Of a stretch of 64,000 nt of DNA, positions 20,419 through 29,914 are shown piece after piece. The notes under the pieces were generated by a model. That model did not search any database, was not told the origin of the DNA, and saw only the letters and a program-made list of their open reading frames with translations. The first letter of the stretch is position 1. Every line of letters begins with the position of its first letter. Where the stretch lies: positions 2,513-66,512 of the forward strand of contig JAPVTA010000075.1 of the NCBI GenBank assembly GCA_047519465.1, written 5' to 3'. Source of the DNA: Thermodesulfobacteriota bacterium (GTDB lineage: Bacteria; Desulfobacterota; BSN033; UBA1163). A program made the position numbers and the translations under genes.

Positions 20419-20502
20419 ACACGGAGAAACGGAGACACGATGATCGGGAGATAGAGAGACGCGGAGACGGTTGGATAGAAAGAAAAAAAATAATACAAGA
20501 GT

Positions 20503-21066
20503 TCAAACAATAATGGCCTTCAAATATTTCCTAAAATAGTCGACGCCGGAGATGACGGCAATCCCCACGGCAACCCAAAGAAAAACCATCCCGATCGGAC
20601 GAGAATGGACGAAAAAGTAACTTCCGTCAAGAATAAGAAAAAAGATGGAGGCCACTTCGAAAACGGTCTTGTACTTTCCAAGAGCGCTCGCAGAAATAAC
20701 GATACCTTGAGAAACCGCAATTCCCCTCAGGCCCGTAATGGCAATTTCCCGGCCGACAATGACGATGACCATCCAGACAGGAACCTCTCTTGCCGGAATG
20801 AGCGCGATGAGAGAGGTAGCAATTAACAGCTTGTCTGCAAGAGGATCAAGAAATTTTCCTAGGGTGGTCACCATTCCACGGCGTCTGGCAAGATATCCGT
20901 CGAACGTGTCCGTAACCGCCGCTCCAAGAAAGAGAAGGGCGGTCAGGAGTTGATATCCTCGACCGACATAAAAAAGGAGAACAAGAATAAGAGGGATTGC
21001 CAGAATCCTGAGAATCGTCACTCCATTGGGCAAGCTCAGTATCTGTTCCCGATTGAGTTTTTCCAT
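20503..21066 (-). CDS. pgsA: CDP-diacylglycerol--glycerol-3-phosphate 3-phosphatidyltransferase
   Basis: LPN..T..RI and TDTFDGYLARR...GKFLDPLADK; conserved position upstream of tRNA-Gly/Cys. Confidence 0.95.
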   Translation of the reverse strand: MEKLNREQILSLPNGVTILRILAIPLILVLLFYVGRGYQLLTALLFLGAAVTDTFDGYLARRRGMVTTLGKFLDPLADKLLIATSLIALIPAREVPVWMVIVIVGREIAITGLRGIAVSQGIVISASALGKYKTVFEVASIFFLILDGSYFFVHSRPIGMVFLWVAVGIAVISGVDYFRKYLKAIIV

Positions 21067-21110
21067 GAAGCGGTCTTTTTTTGGAATCTCTCGGAATCGA
21101 CCCGCGAGGG

Positions 21111-21701
21111 CTAAGGCCTATAGGATTGATAATAGCTCAATACTTTCCTGACATAGTCCACTGTCTCACGATAAGGAGGGATCGAGCGTAAATCGGCGAC
21201 AAGGTTCTCACCGGCGTTATAGGCGGCCAAGGAGAGTCGGATATCATTGTCAAAAAGGGAAAGGAGATTCTTAAAATGACGAACCCCTCCCTCAATATTA
21301 TCTCTGGGGCTAAAGACGTTCGAAACATTCATCCTGGAAGCAGTCTCCGGCATCAATTGCATCAATCCCTTCGCCCCTTTTCTCGAGACGGCAAAGGGAT
21401 TAAATCCTGACTCTGCTCGAATCATGGCCTTGATCAAGGCAAAATCCACGTGATATTTCTTGGAGAACTCGGTAATCAGTGAGTCATATTGAGCAGAATC
21501 TCTTACGTAAGAACGGAAGTTTTCATTTCCCACATCGTCCTGACTCTCGCGAATGTAGAGCTTAAACTTGGGATCTCTCGGACAGTTCGTAAAATGGATA
21601 ACTCCGTTCTCGTCCACGTATCGGTAAATGCCGGCAGAGGAAGTTCCCGCAAAAAGGAACGAACAAAAAAGGATCACTGAAACACTGAAAAATCGGATCA
21701 T
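21111..21701 (-). CDS. Lytic transglycosylase (SLT domain) with DUF4124-like N-terminus
   Basis: AESGFNP.AVS.KGA.GLMQLMP, AAYNAG, IPPYRET; N-terminal IYRYVDENGVIHFTN. Confidence 0.92.
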   Translation of the reverse strand: MIRFFSVSVILFCSFLFAGTSSAGIYRYVDENGVIHFTNCPRDPKFKLYIRESQDDVGNENFRSYVRDSAQYDSLITEFSKKYHVDFALIKAMIRAESGFNPFAVSRKGAKGLMQLMPETASRMNVSNVFSPRDNIEGGVRHFKNLLSLFDNDIRLSLAAYNAGENLVADLRSIPPYRETVDYVRKVLSYYQSYRP

Positions 21702-21854
21702 GCATCCGTCCCTGGGCTAAAAATTAGCCTAAAACTACCACAACTTGTCACTTTTGTCAACGAATTTTGATCGTATCGTAATTCCAGAATTCCCTCAACA
21801 TCCTGAAATCAAAAGATATTTATGCATCTAATCAAAACACACCACGTATGTTTC

Positions 21855-21870
21855 TGCAATCTTTATGCCT
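21855..21870 (-). promoter_or_regulatory. Candidate sigma54 promoter upstream of the SLT gene
   Basis: Minus strand AGGCATAAAGATTGCA (GG-N10-GC). Confidence 0.5.
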
Positions 21871-21940
21871 ATGGACTACCCACCCTTCTCACCTCCGGTG
21901 AGGTGGCGGAATTGGGGCCTCCATCATGCGTTTGCCGCGG

Positions 21941-24900
21941 CTACTTTCCCTTGAACGCGCGGTATATAAGGGCGAAGAACAACGGAATGTAAAAGAGGTC
22001 GATAAATGTTGCGGAGAGCATTCCGCCCGTCACAGCAGTGCCGATGGCATTCATCGCGCCAGCACCTGCTCCGCTTGCGAGAGCCAGCGGCAGGACTCCG
22101 AAGAAGAAAGCCATCGAGGTCATGATCACCGGCCGGAACCTCACCCGCACCGCTCCCAGGGTCGCTTCCATCACCCCTTCGCCATGCGCCAGCCGCTCCC
22201 TCGCAAACTGAATGATCAGAATGGCGTTCTTGGTCGTGAGACCGAGGGTCGTGAGAAACCCAATCTGGAAGTAGACGTCATTGTGCAGACCCCGCGACCA
22301 AGTCACCAGCGTCGCACCGAATACGCCCAGCGGCAGCATCAGCATATTGGCGATGGGAATTGGCCAGCTCTCATACAGGGCTGCCACGCACAGAAAGATG
22401 ACGATGATGGAAAAGGCATATAGCAAGGGCGCCTGGGAACTCGACATCCGCTCCTGATACGAAACCCCGGTCCAATCAAAACCGATCCCCTGCGGCAACT
22501 TCGAGACCATCTCTTCCATGGCGTTCATCGCATCGCCGGAGCTCCTTCCCGGCGCCGGCTCTCCCCATAAATTCATCGACGGAAAACTATTGAAACGCTC
22601 CAGCTTGGGAGAACCCGATGTCCAGTGGCTGGCAGCAAAAGAGGAAAAAGGAACCATCTTCCCCGCAGTATTGCGTACGTATAGCTTTTCGATGTCCTTG
22701 GGCAGCATGCGGTAAGGGGCATCGGCCTGAATATAGACCCTTTTGACCCGGCCGCCCTGGATGAAGTTGTTGACATAAGCGCTGCCAAAGGCCCCTGAGA
22801 TGGTGTCGTGGATGGAAGTAATCGGAACCCCAAGGGCGCCGGCCTTTTCCCAGTCGACGTCGACCCGGTATTCGGGCACGTCTTCCATCCCGTTGGGCCG
22901 GACCTTGGCCAGACGCTTGTCATTCCAAGCCATACCGAGGAGCTGGTTGCGGGCCTGCATCAGTTTTTCGTGACCGAGTCCGCCGCGGTCGAGCAACTGG
23001 AAGTCAAACCCGGTGGCATTGCCCAGCTCGATCACCGAAGGCGGCGGGAAGGCGAAGACCATAGCGTTGCGGATCTGAGAAAAGGCCCTCGTGGCACGTT
23101 CTGCAATGGCCTTCACCCTCAGGTCCGGTCGATTGCGACGAAGTACCCAGTCCTTGAGCCTGACGAAGAGATTTCGATTTCGGAGCTTCCAGTCTTTAAG
23201 CATGATAAATACCATACCGTTGGTCTGAACCCTTCCCGCATACCCAAAACCGGAAATTGCCAAACAGGATTTGACTGCGTCTTTTTCATTTTCCTGGAAA
23301 TGACGCTGCACTTCGTTCACGATCTTCTGAGTCTGTTCCAGGGTGGAGCCCGTCGGCAACATAACCTGCGCAAGGAGGATCCCCTGGTCTTCCTCGGGGA
23401 CATACGACGTGGGCATACGAAGGAAAAGAATCCCCACGGCCGCCACAATCACGATATAGACGATGGCATAAATGATAATGATAGAGGAGCGGAGTTTCCT
23501 CGGATAGGAATAATCGACTATTTTGACATACCAGTCCCTGACCCGGAAAAAAATGCGGTCAAACCGCGAAAAGAAGGGCCGCAGGAAGTAGATTGCGTTT
23601 TCCGCTGGTTCATGTCCTGCAGCCACCGGTTTGAGGAGAGAAGCGCAGAGGACCGGCGTCAGGATCAATGCCACCACCACCGACAGGAGCATGGAGGAGA
23701 TGATGGTTATGGAAAACTGGCGGTAGATAACGCCTGTCGAGCCTCCGAAGAAGGCCATGGGGCCGAATACGGCCGAGAGCACAAGCCCGATGCCGACTAG
23801 GGCGCTCGTGATCTGTTCCATGCCTTTGCGAGTGGCATCTTTGGGCGACAGGCCTTCCTCGCTCATGATCCGCTCCACGTTTTCCACCACGACGATGGCG
23901 TCGTCCACCAGAAGACCGATGGACAGCACCATGGCGAACATCGTGAGCATATTGATGGAGAAGCCGAAAAATCCCAATACCGCGAAGGTCCCGAGGAGCA
24001 CCACCGGCACGGCGATGGTCGGGATCAGGGTGGCCCGGATATTCCCCATGAAAAGCCACATGACCAGGAAGACCAGGAGGATCGCCACAAGGAGGGTCTT
24101 CAGCACCTCGTCGATGGCCACCTTGACAAAGGGAGTGGTATCATACGGGTAGACAACCTTCATCCCCGGAGGGAAATATCGGCTCATCTCCTTCATTTTG
24201 GCCTTGACCGCATCGGCTGTATCCAGGGCGTTCGCGCCAGCAGCCTGCCGAATGGCCATACCGGACGAGGGCTTGCCGTTGTAAAGAACATCGACGTCGT
24301 AGGCGTCGGTTCCCAATTCCGTTCGTCCCACGTCCCTGATCCGTACGATCGAGCCGTCCGGATTGACGCGCACGGGAATGGCGCCAAACTGATCAGGGGT
24401 CTTGAGCATGCTCTGGACGATGATGGAAGCGTTCAAGCGCTGACCTTTCACTGCGGGCGTCCCGCCGAACTGGCCTGCGGAGACCTCGACGTTGTAAGCC
24501 TGAAGCGCGGTGATTACATCGTCGACGGTCAAGCGGTAATCGACCAACCGGTCGGGGTTCAGCCAGATCCTCATGGCATACTGCGTCCCGAAGTTTTCGA
24601 CCTCGCCCACGCCGGGGACCCGCGCCAGGACCTTCTCCAGGTTGGATTGAGCATAGTCCCTCAAGTCGTTGCCGTCCATGCTGCCGTCTTCCGAAATCAG
24701 GCCCACGATCATCAGATAGTTTCGGGTGGCCTTGCCGACGGTGACACCCTGTTGCTGGACAACCACGGGCAGGCTCGCCATGGCAAGCTGGAGCTTATTC
24801 TGCACCTTGGCCCAGGCGAGGTCCGGGTCAGTCCCCGGCGCAAAGGTCAACTCGATGCGGGAGGACCCGGAGGAATCGCTGGTGGCGGACAGGTAGATCA

Positions 24901-25126
24901 TCTTGTCGAGGCCGGTCATCTTCTGCTCGATGATCTGAGTGATGCTGTTTTCTACGGTCTCCGCCGAGGCCCCGGGATAAAAGCTCTGGATGTAGATCGA
25001 CGGAGGCGCAATTGGGGGATATTGCGATATGGGCAGGCGATAAATGGCAAGGACACCTGCCAGCATGATGATGATGGCGATGACCCAGGCGAATACGGGG
25101 CGATCCAGGAAGAATCTCGATAGCAT
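21941..25126 (-). CDS. acrB: RND efflux pump inner-membrane transporter (AcrB/MexB family)
   Basis: FF.DRPVFAWVIAI, GLLVDDAIVVVENVER, KNAILI, RFRPVIMTS; 1061 aa. Confidence 0.95.
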   Translation of the reverse strand: MLSRFFLDRPVFAWVIAIIIMLAGVLAIYRLPISQYPPIAPPSIYIQSFYPGASAETVENSITQIIEQKMTGLDKMIYLSATSDSSGSSRIELTFAPGTDPDLAWAKVQNKLQLAMASLPVVVQQQGVTVGKATRNYLMIVGLISEDGSMDGNDLRDYAQSNLEKVLARVPGVGEVENFGTQYAMRIWLNPDRLVDYRLTVDDVITALQAYNVEVSAGQFGGTPAVKGQRLNASIIVQSMLKTPDQFGAIPVRVNPDGSIVRIRDVGRTELGTDAYDVDVLYNGKPSSGMAIRQAAGANALDTADAVKAKMKEMSRYFPPGMKVVYPYDTTPFVKVAIDEVLKTLLVAILLVFLVMWLFMGNIRATLIPTIAVPVVLLGTFAVLGFFGFSINMLTMFAMVLSIGLLVDDAIVVVENVERIMSEEGLSPKDATRKGMEQITSALVGIGLVLSAVFGPMAFFGGSTGVIYRQFSITIISSMLLSVVVALILTPVLCASLLKPVAAGHEPAENAIYFLRPFFSRFDRIFFRVRDWYVKIVDYSYPRKLRSSIIIIYAIVYIVIVAAVGILFLRMPTSYVPEEDQGILLAQVMLPTGSTLEQTQKIVNEVQRHFQENEKDAVKSCLAISGFGYAGRVQTNGMVFIMLKDWKLRNRNLFVRLKDWVLRRNRPDLRVKAIAERATRAFSQIRNAMVFAFPPPSVIELGNATGFDFQLLDRGGLGHEKLMQARNQLLGMAWNDKRLAKVRPNGMEDVPEYRVDVDWEKAGALGVPITSIHDTISGAFGSAYVNNFIQGGRVKRVYIQADAPYRMLPKDIEKLYVRNTAGKMVPFSSFAASHWTSGSPKLERFNSFPSMNLWGEPAPGRSSGDAMNAMEEMVSKLPQGIGFDWTGVSYQERMSSSQAPLLYAFSIIVIFLCVAALYESWPIPIANMLMLPLGVFGATLVTWSRGLHNDVYFQIGFLTTLGLTTKNAILIIQFARERLAHGEGVMEATLGAVRVRFRPVIMTSMAFFFGVLPLALASGAGAGAMNAIGTAVTGGMLSATFIDLFYIPLFFALIYRAFKGK

Positions 25127-26289
25127 CAGGTACCTCCATCCTTCCGACCGCCATCGAATGGAACAGCCTTTACGGAAGCCCCCGGCCGAACTCTTTGGCT
25201 CCCCTCGACAATCAGACGGTCACCCTGATTCAACCCCTCGCTGACAAGCCATCGGTCGCCCATAGCGCGAGCGACTGTGATCATCCGCTGCTCGACCTTT
25301 CCCGAGCCGTCGACAACCAGCGCAACGGGGTTCCCCTTTGGGTCGCGGGAGACCCCTTGCTGCGGGACGACAATGGCACGGTCAACGACGCCTTCCTGGA
25401 CAATAGCACGCACATACATTCCTGGCAGAAGAATATGCTTAGAGTTTGGAAAGACCATCCGGAGGATAAAAGATCCGGTGCTTGGATCAACCGTGACCTC
25501 GGAAAACTTCAGGGTTCCCTCCTGCGGGTAGGGCGTGCCGTCTTCAAGGAGCAGCTTCACCCGAGCCTGGTCGGGGCCGGTGCCCTTGATCCGGCCGGCT
25601 GCAATGTTGCGTTTGAGCTGCAGCAGGTTGGCGCTCGACTGTGTCGCGTCCACATAAATCGGGTCAAGCTGTTGGATCGTCGCGAAAGGGGAACCCTGAT
25701 ACGCTGTGGCGAGAGCGCCTACGGTCACATTCGATTTGCCGATGCGACCCGATATCGGCGCCGTAATGCGCGTGTATGCCAGATTGATACGGGCGGATTC
25801 CACAGCGGCTTTGGAGTAATCGATATCGGCCTCGGCCTGCTTGAGGGCGGCGATTGCATTATCGAAATCCTGCTGGCTGATCGCTTTGACGGCAATCAAC
25901 TCCCTGTACCGTTCGGCTTTCAACCTAATGGGTGGGAGATTGGCTTCGCTCTTTGCAAGCGCGGCCACGGCATTGTTGTAAGCCGCCTGATAGGGCGCCG
26001 GATCAATCCGGTAAAGCACGCTGCCAGCTTTGACATCAGAGCCTTCGTTGAACAGACGTTCTTGAACAATGCCATTTACCTGTGGACGAATCTCCGCCAC
26101 AAAGTAGGCAGAAGTCCGGCCGGGCAATTCGGTGGTTAGTACGACGCGCTCGGGATTGATGGTCACAACGGCAACCTCGGGGAGACCGGGCTGGGGAGCA
26201 GCCTGCCGCGATCCGCAACCGGACGTTATCAGTCCCACGACAATTACCCCCACGGTGGCAATCCGTTTGACTCTATCATTGATTCGCAT
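25126..26289 (-). CDS. acrA: RND periplasmic adaptor lipoprotein (AcrA/MexA family)
   Basis: Lipobox ITSGC; ELPGRT, EIRPQV.G, APISGRIGKS. Confidence 0.93.
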   Translation of the reverse strand: MRINDRVKRIATVGVIVVGLITSGCGSRQAAPQPGLPEVAVVTINPERVVLTTELPGRTSAYFVAEIRPQVNGIVQERLFNEGSDVKAGSVLYRIDPAPYQAAYNNAVAALAKSEANLPPIRLKAERYRELIAVKAISQQDFDNAIAALKQAEADIDYSKAAVESARINLAYTRITAPISGRIGKSNVTVGALATAYQGSPFATIQQLDPIYVDATQSSANLLQLKRNIAAGRIKGTGPDQARVKLLLEDGTPYPQEGTLKFSEVTVDPSTGSFILRMVFPNSKHILLPGMYVRAIVQEGVVDRAIVVPQQGVSRDPKGNPVALVVDGSGKVEQRMITVARAMGDRWLVSEGLNQGDRLIVEGSQRVRPGASVKAVPFDGGRKDGGT

Positions 26290-26373
26290 ACAACACCTCA
26301 TAACCGTTTGTAGAAATAGTTGCCTCTCGCCTGCCTGCGGCAGGAGAACAAAGCGCTTAGTATTCTTTATTTC

Positions 26374-27702
26374 TTATGGATGGCTCCTCCCCATGGCTCT
26401 TTCCAATTGCGCTTTGGCAATATTGAAATCGCTTAGAGCGCCGTAGTAATTCGTCCTCGCTTGGGCGAGCAACGTCACGGCATTGACCACATCCGTTTGC
26501 GTTGCTACCTGGTATTTATACCTTTCCTCATTCATCCTTAAATTCTCCTCGGCCTGCTCAATGGACTTTTCCGCAGTGCTGACATTCTTTTCTGCCACCT
26601 GCATGTTGAGATAATCGTTCTTCACTTCGAGCGTAATGGAATCCATGAGCTGGTTTTTTGAATCCTCCGCCTGGGTGACCTTGACCTTGTTCTCTCCAAC
26701 CTTGAACGCGGTGTTTCCCCAGTTCCAAAGCGTGAACGTAGCTAACGCCTGAACGGACCATCTGTCACTCGTTATTTTCTGGAGACCATTTTCCAGCGTC
26801 CACCAGTCAGAGGACCGACTGTAGTTACCCGCAAGGCCGACCGTCGGAAAAAATCCAGCCCTTGCGATCTTGACACTCTCCTTGGCCTGGTCGATGGTTA
26901 ATTGAGCGGACTTGATCTCTGGCCTCACCCGGAGGGCCTCTTCAAGAGACTCCTCGTACGTGAGAGGAAAGGCTCTGTGTGCAAGAATGTCAACCACTTC
27001 GAAGGGTGTGTTAACCTCTCGCCTCAGCAGTATATTGAATTGAGCCTTGGTCGTAGCCAGATCATTTGCCGCCCTGGCCATTGACTGCCTGGCATTTGCC
27101 AGGTTCACCTCCGCCAGAAGCACATCATTCTTCGGAACAATTCCGACTTCAAAGAAAGCTTTCGTCACATTGAGTTGAGCCTCAAAATTTTTGACCTGCT
27201 GCTCGGCCACCGCCAAAAACTTCTCAGCCCTTAAGATCGTGAAGTACCCAATTCTTACCTGAAGAACCAGATCCTGCTTTGCGGTCTCCAAACTCTCCTT
27301 TGAAAGATCCACGCCTAACTTTGCCGAACGATACGTGGCCAGGTTAAACCCTCCGGTGAAAATGGGCTGATTGACCGTGGTATTAAAATTGTAAACATTA
27401 CTATTACTGGTCTGGGTAATCCCTGTCAGCCCCCCCCCGAAGTTGCCGATAAAAGCCGGAAAACTATATTTGGTATAACTATATTGCCCTGTCCATTGAG
27501 GAAGGAAATTGGTGATCGCTTCCTTCCGTTTAAACTCAGAACCCTCAACCCCCACTACGGCAGAATGGACCGTCAGACTCCTTTCCATGGCGATCTTTAT
27601 GCTTTCCTCCAGAGTGAGAGGCGCCCGAGATTCTTGCGCCCAGACAGCACTTGTAGAAACGATTGCCCATACAATAAGCCCGATGAAATATTTCATTCTC
27701 AT
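26374..27702 (-). CDS. TolC-family outer-membrane efflux protein
   Basis: Signal peptide, two OEP repeats, operon position. Confidence 0.88.
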   Translation of the reverse strand: MRMKYFIGLIVWAIVSTSAVWAQESRAPLTLEESIKIAMERSLTVHSAVVGVEGSEFKRKEAITNFLPQWTGQYSYTKYSFPAFIGNFGGGLTGITQTSNSNVYNFNTTVNQPIFTGGFNLATYRSAKLGVDLSKESLETAKQDLVLQVRIGYFTILRAEKFLAVAEQQVKNFEAQLNVTKAFFEVGIVPKNDVLLAEVNLANARQSMARAANDLATTKAQFNILLRREVNTPFEVVDILAHRAFPLTYEESLEEALRVRPEIKSAQLTIDQAKESVKIARAGFFPTVGLAGNYSRSSDWWTLENGLQKITSDRWSVQALATFTLWNWGNTAFKVGENKVKVTQAEDSKNQLMDSITLEVKNDYLNMQVAEKNVSTAEKSIEQAEENLRMNEERYKYQVATQTDVVNAVTLLAQARTNYYGALSDFNIAKAQLERAMGRSHP

Positions 27703-27706
27703 GAAT

Positions 27707-28339
27707 CTATCTCCTCCTTTCCATCTGCTGCACACCGCCTAAAAAGATTTCCAAAACCGTATCCACCTTTGAAACGAGCGGATAAGGCTTGCGACTGATC
27801 ATCCATTCGAAGACAAAGGAATTGACAATCCCCACCAAGGCATGGGCCAAATCCAGGGGGTTCATCGACCTGAACTCTTTTCTTTCAATCCCCTGTCTCA
27901 TGACCTCAGCAAGGATGTTGATATATGCGACCATCTTCTCGTGGAGGCCTTTCCCCAGCTCGTCTTTGACCGTCCACTCAAAACGATTCCTTTCCGAAAT
28001 ATAAATCCTGAAAAAATCGCGGTTCTGCTCAAAGAATTCGAACTGGAGCCCTAACACCTTCTTGATCCTCTCCACGGCCGAGGTCTTCTGCGAGAGTTCG
28101 TCTTTGACCAAGCCGTTGATCTCTTCCACCTTCTCATCGATGAGGGTGAAATAGAGCTCCTCTTTCGATTTGAAATATTTATACAGCGTCCCTGTTCCGA
28201 ACTCTGCCTCCCGTGCAATGTCGCTCATCGTGGTAAGAAAAAATCCTTTTGCGGCAAAAACCTTTTCTGCCGCCGAAAGAATCTCTTCACGATGCGCCAG
28301 ATATTCCCTTTCCTTTCTGCCTACTCTTTCGGTCTCCAT
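27707..28339 (-). CDS. TetR/AcrR-family transcriptional regulator
   Basis: HTH IAREAEFGTGTLYKYFKSKEELY; first gene of the efflux operon. Confidence 0.92.
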   Translation of the reverse strand: METERVGRKEREYLAHREEILSAAEKVFAAKGFFLTTMSDIAREAEFGTGTLYKYFKSKEELYFTLIDEKVEEINGLVKDELSQKTSAVERIKKVLGLQFEFFEQNRDFFRIYISERNRFEWTVKDELGKGLHEKMVAYINILAEVMRQGIERKEFRSMNPLDLAHALVGIVNSFVFEWMISRKPYPLVSKVDTVLEIFLGGVQQMERRR

Positions 28340-28375
28340 GATCTTCAAATCCTTAGACGAACTCTGGAAACGTCT

Positions 28376-28427
28376 ATTCACTTTCTGAATGGCAATTCAT
28401 TTTAATGTAATAAACGAGAGCTGTCAA
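28376..28427 (-). promoter_or_regulatory. Sigma70 promoter with overlapping putative TetR operator
   Basis: TTGACA (28427-28422)-N17-TAAAAT (28404-28399); chained palindromes ATTCA-N5-TGAAT-N4-ATTCA over the predicted start site. Confidence 0.7.
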
Positions 28428-28466
28428 ATTAATTTTTTGGACCGATGGAGGATACTATCTTGCAAC

Positions 28467-29081
28467 TCAGGATTTGGATGAAATGGAGACGATCTTTCCG
28501 CTCACTTCCAGCGTATGGACCATGACCCCTTTTAGGGATTCGAGGATGCCCAGATAGATGGGTGAATGCTTGGGCACGCAGATTCCCTGAATCAGTCTCT
28601 CCTCATGTTCTTCGGAATAGACATTCGCCGCTTCAAAAACGGACTTCCCCTCTTCTCCGATTCGTTGGCCGAGAAGCTTGTTCTCCGTCGTAATAAGCTT
28701 CGGAAGATATTCCAAGAGTCTCATGACCTCCTGGAAGATATCGCTCACCTCTTTGACCGCTTGATGACTGAAGAGGATATGGTTTTCCGACTTGGCTCTT
28801 AACCGATCCAAAATTCCTTCGATACTGTAGGTCATGCGATCGAAACTGGAGGCGATGGAGAGATAAGGCTTCGCCCACCCTTTGCCTTTCTCGCTCGACG
28901 GACTCTTTGAAATGATAAAACTGGTTAGCTCTGAGGAATCCCGGAGAATTCTATCCTTGATCTCCTCCGCCTCTTTGAAAGATTTCTCCGTCGGCTTTCG
29001 AAATGCCTCGGAAGCCAAATTCAACATTTTCATCAGATGCTGACTGACCAGAACCATCTTCTCCTTTATTTCTTTGTCCAT
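28467..29081 (-). CDS. Stand-alone PhoU-like helical-bundle protein
   Basis: Two helical repeats; HEERLIQGIC..S.IYL.IL resembles the C-terminus of Na/Pi cotransporters. Confidence 0.6.
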   Translation of the reverse strand: MDKEIKEKMVLVSQHLMKMLNLASEAFRKPTEKSFKEAEEIKDRILRDSSELTSFIISKSPSSEKGKGWAKPYLSIASSFDRMTYSIEGILDRLRAKSENHILFSHQAVKEVSDIFQEVMRLLEYLPKLITTENKLLGQRIGEEGKSVFEAANVYSEEHEERLIQGICVPKHSPIYLGILESLKGVMVHTLEVSGKIVSISSKS

Positions 29082-29180
29082 CTTCAGCCTCCATCCCCTT
29101 ACCGGGCCCAACGCTAATGTATCGTCCGATCCAGAATTGAATTCACAACATCGACAAACGTCGCTCCTGCATAGAGAGAA

Positions 29181-29900
29181 TTACTGTACGATTCCACTCA
29201 GTAACTTCTTCAGGCGCCGGGCATTCTCGTTCATGTTCAAATTGTTAAATAACAGATAGGCCTCTGGATAGAATTTCACCCGGTGGAGTAACTCTAAAAG
29301 GTCTTGGTCAGAGTAGGAATACCGGTAACCTGTTTTCCCGTGAAGCCGCATATAAATCAAGTCTCCTTTGGATAAAGAATTCCCGAAAGGATCCAAACAG
29401 GGCAAGAGCCCCAGTTCTTTGCAAAGCCTCTCCACCACCCTATCTTCCCACTCCCCTCTCGGCTCCCAGATAAATGTGAATGAATCTCTTTTTATCTTTT
29501 TGAAAAATTGTTTCATGCGATTCACATGGTCTTCCGAGGGCTTGAAGCTTCGGGGAGATTGGAAAAGAATCTTTTTCGTCCCCAAGGCCTTGGCGAATTC
29601 TGCCGTTCTCAGCCAGGCTGTATCCACCTCCTCTGTTCCTTTAAAAAAACCGTAGTCTTTTCTCTTTTTCTCTGAAATATCCATGCTTAGTCTTCGGTAC
29701 GTAGGGCTAGAGGGCTCGTGCGTAATGAGTTGGCAGGCCTTCATCGTGAATTCAAAATTCGGAGGGGCTTCCTCCTTCCATCGTCGCCCCGTTGTGATTT
29801 GCGGAAGGCGATAAAAGGTCTGCTGAATTTCTACCACGGGAAACGTTTGGTAATAACTTTCCCTCTTGATCGGAAACCCACAACATCCTACCTTGATCAT
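29181..29900 (-). CDS. DUF72 (YecE-like TIM barrel) protein
   Basis: IKVGCCGF, VE...TFY, F.MKA...ITH, LFQ.P.SF, WEPRG, RLHG, FNN. Confidence 0.88.
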   Translation of the reverse strand: MIKVGCCGFPIKRESYYQTFPVVEIQQTFYRLPQITTGRRWKEEAPPNFEFTMKACQLITHEPSSPTYRRLSMDISEKKRKDYGFFKGTEEVDTAWLRTAEFAKALGTKKILFQSPRSFKPSEDHVNRMKQFFKKIKRDSFTFIWEPRGEWEDRVVERLCKELGLLPCLDPFGNSLSKGDLIYMRLHGKTGYRYSYSDQDLLELLHRVKFYPEAYLLFNNLNMNENARRLKKLLSGIVQ

Positions 29901-29914
29901 GAGAAGAGGATAAC

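Noticed and set aside
20419-20470. Degenerate ACGGAGA-type short repeats
   Set aside because: Only a few irregular units with no opposing arm; treated as a decayed simple repeat.
22808-26139. Long + strand ORFs (330 aa and 314 aa)
   Set aside because: They are antisense shadows of the GC-rich acrB and acrA genes, with no recognisable motifs.
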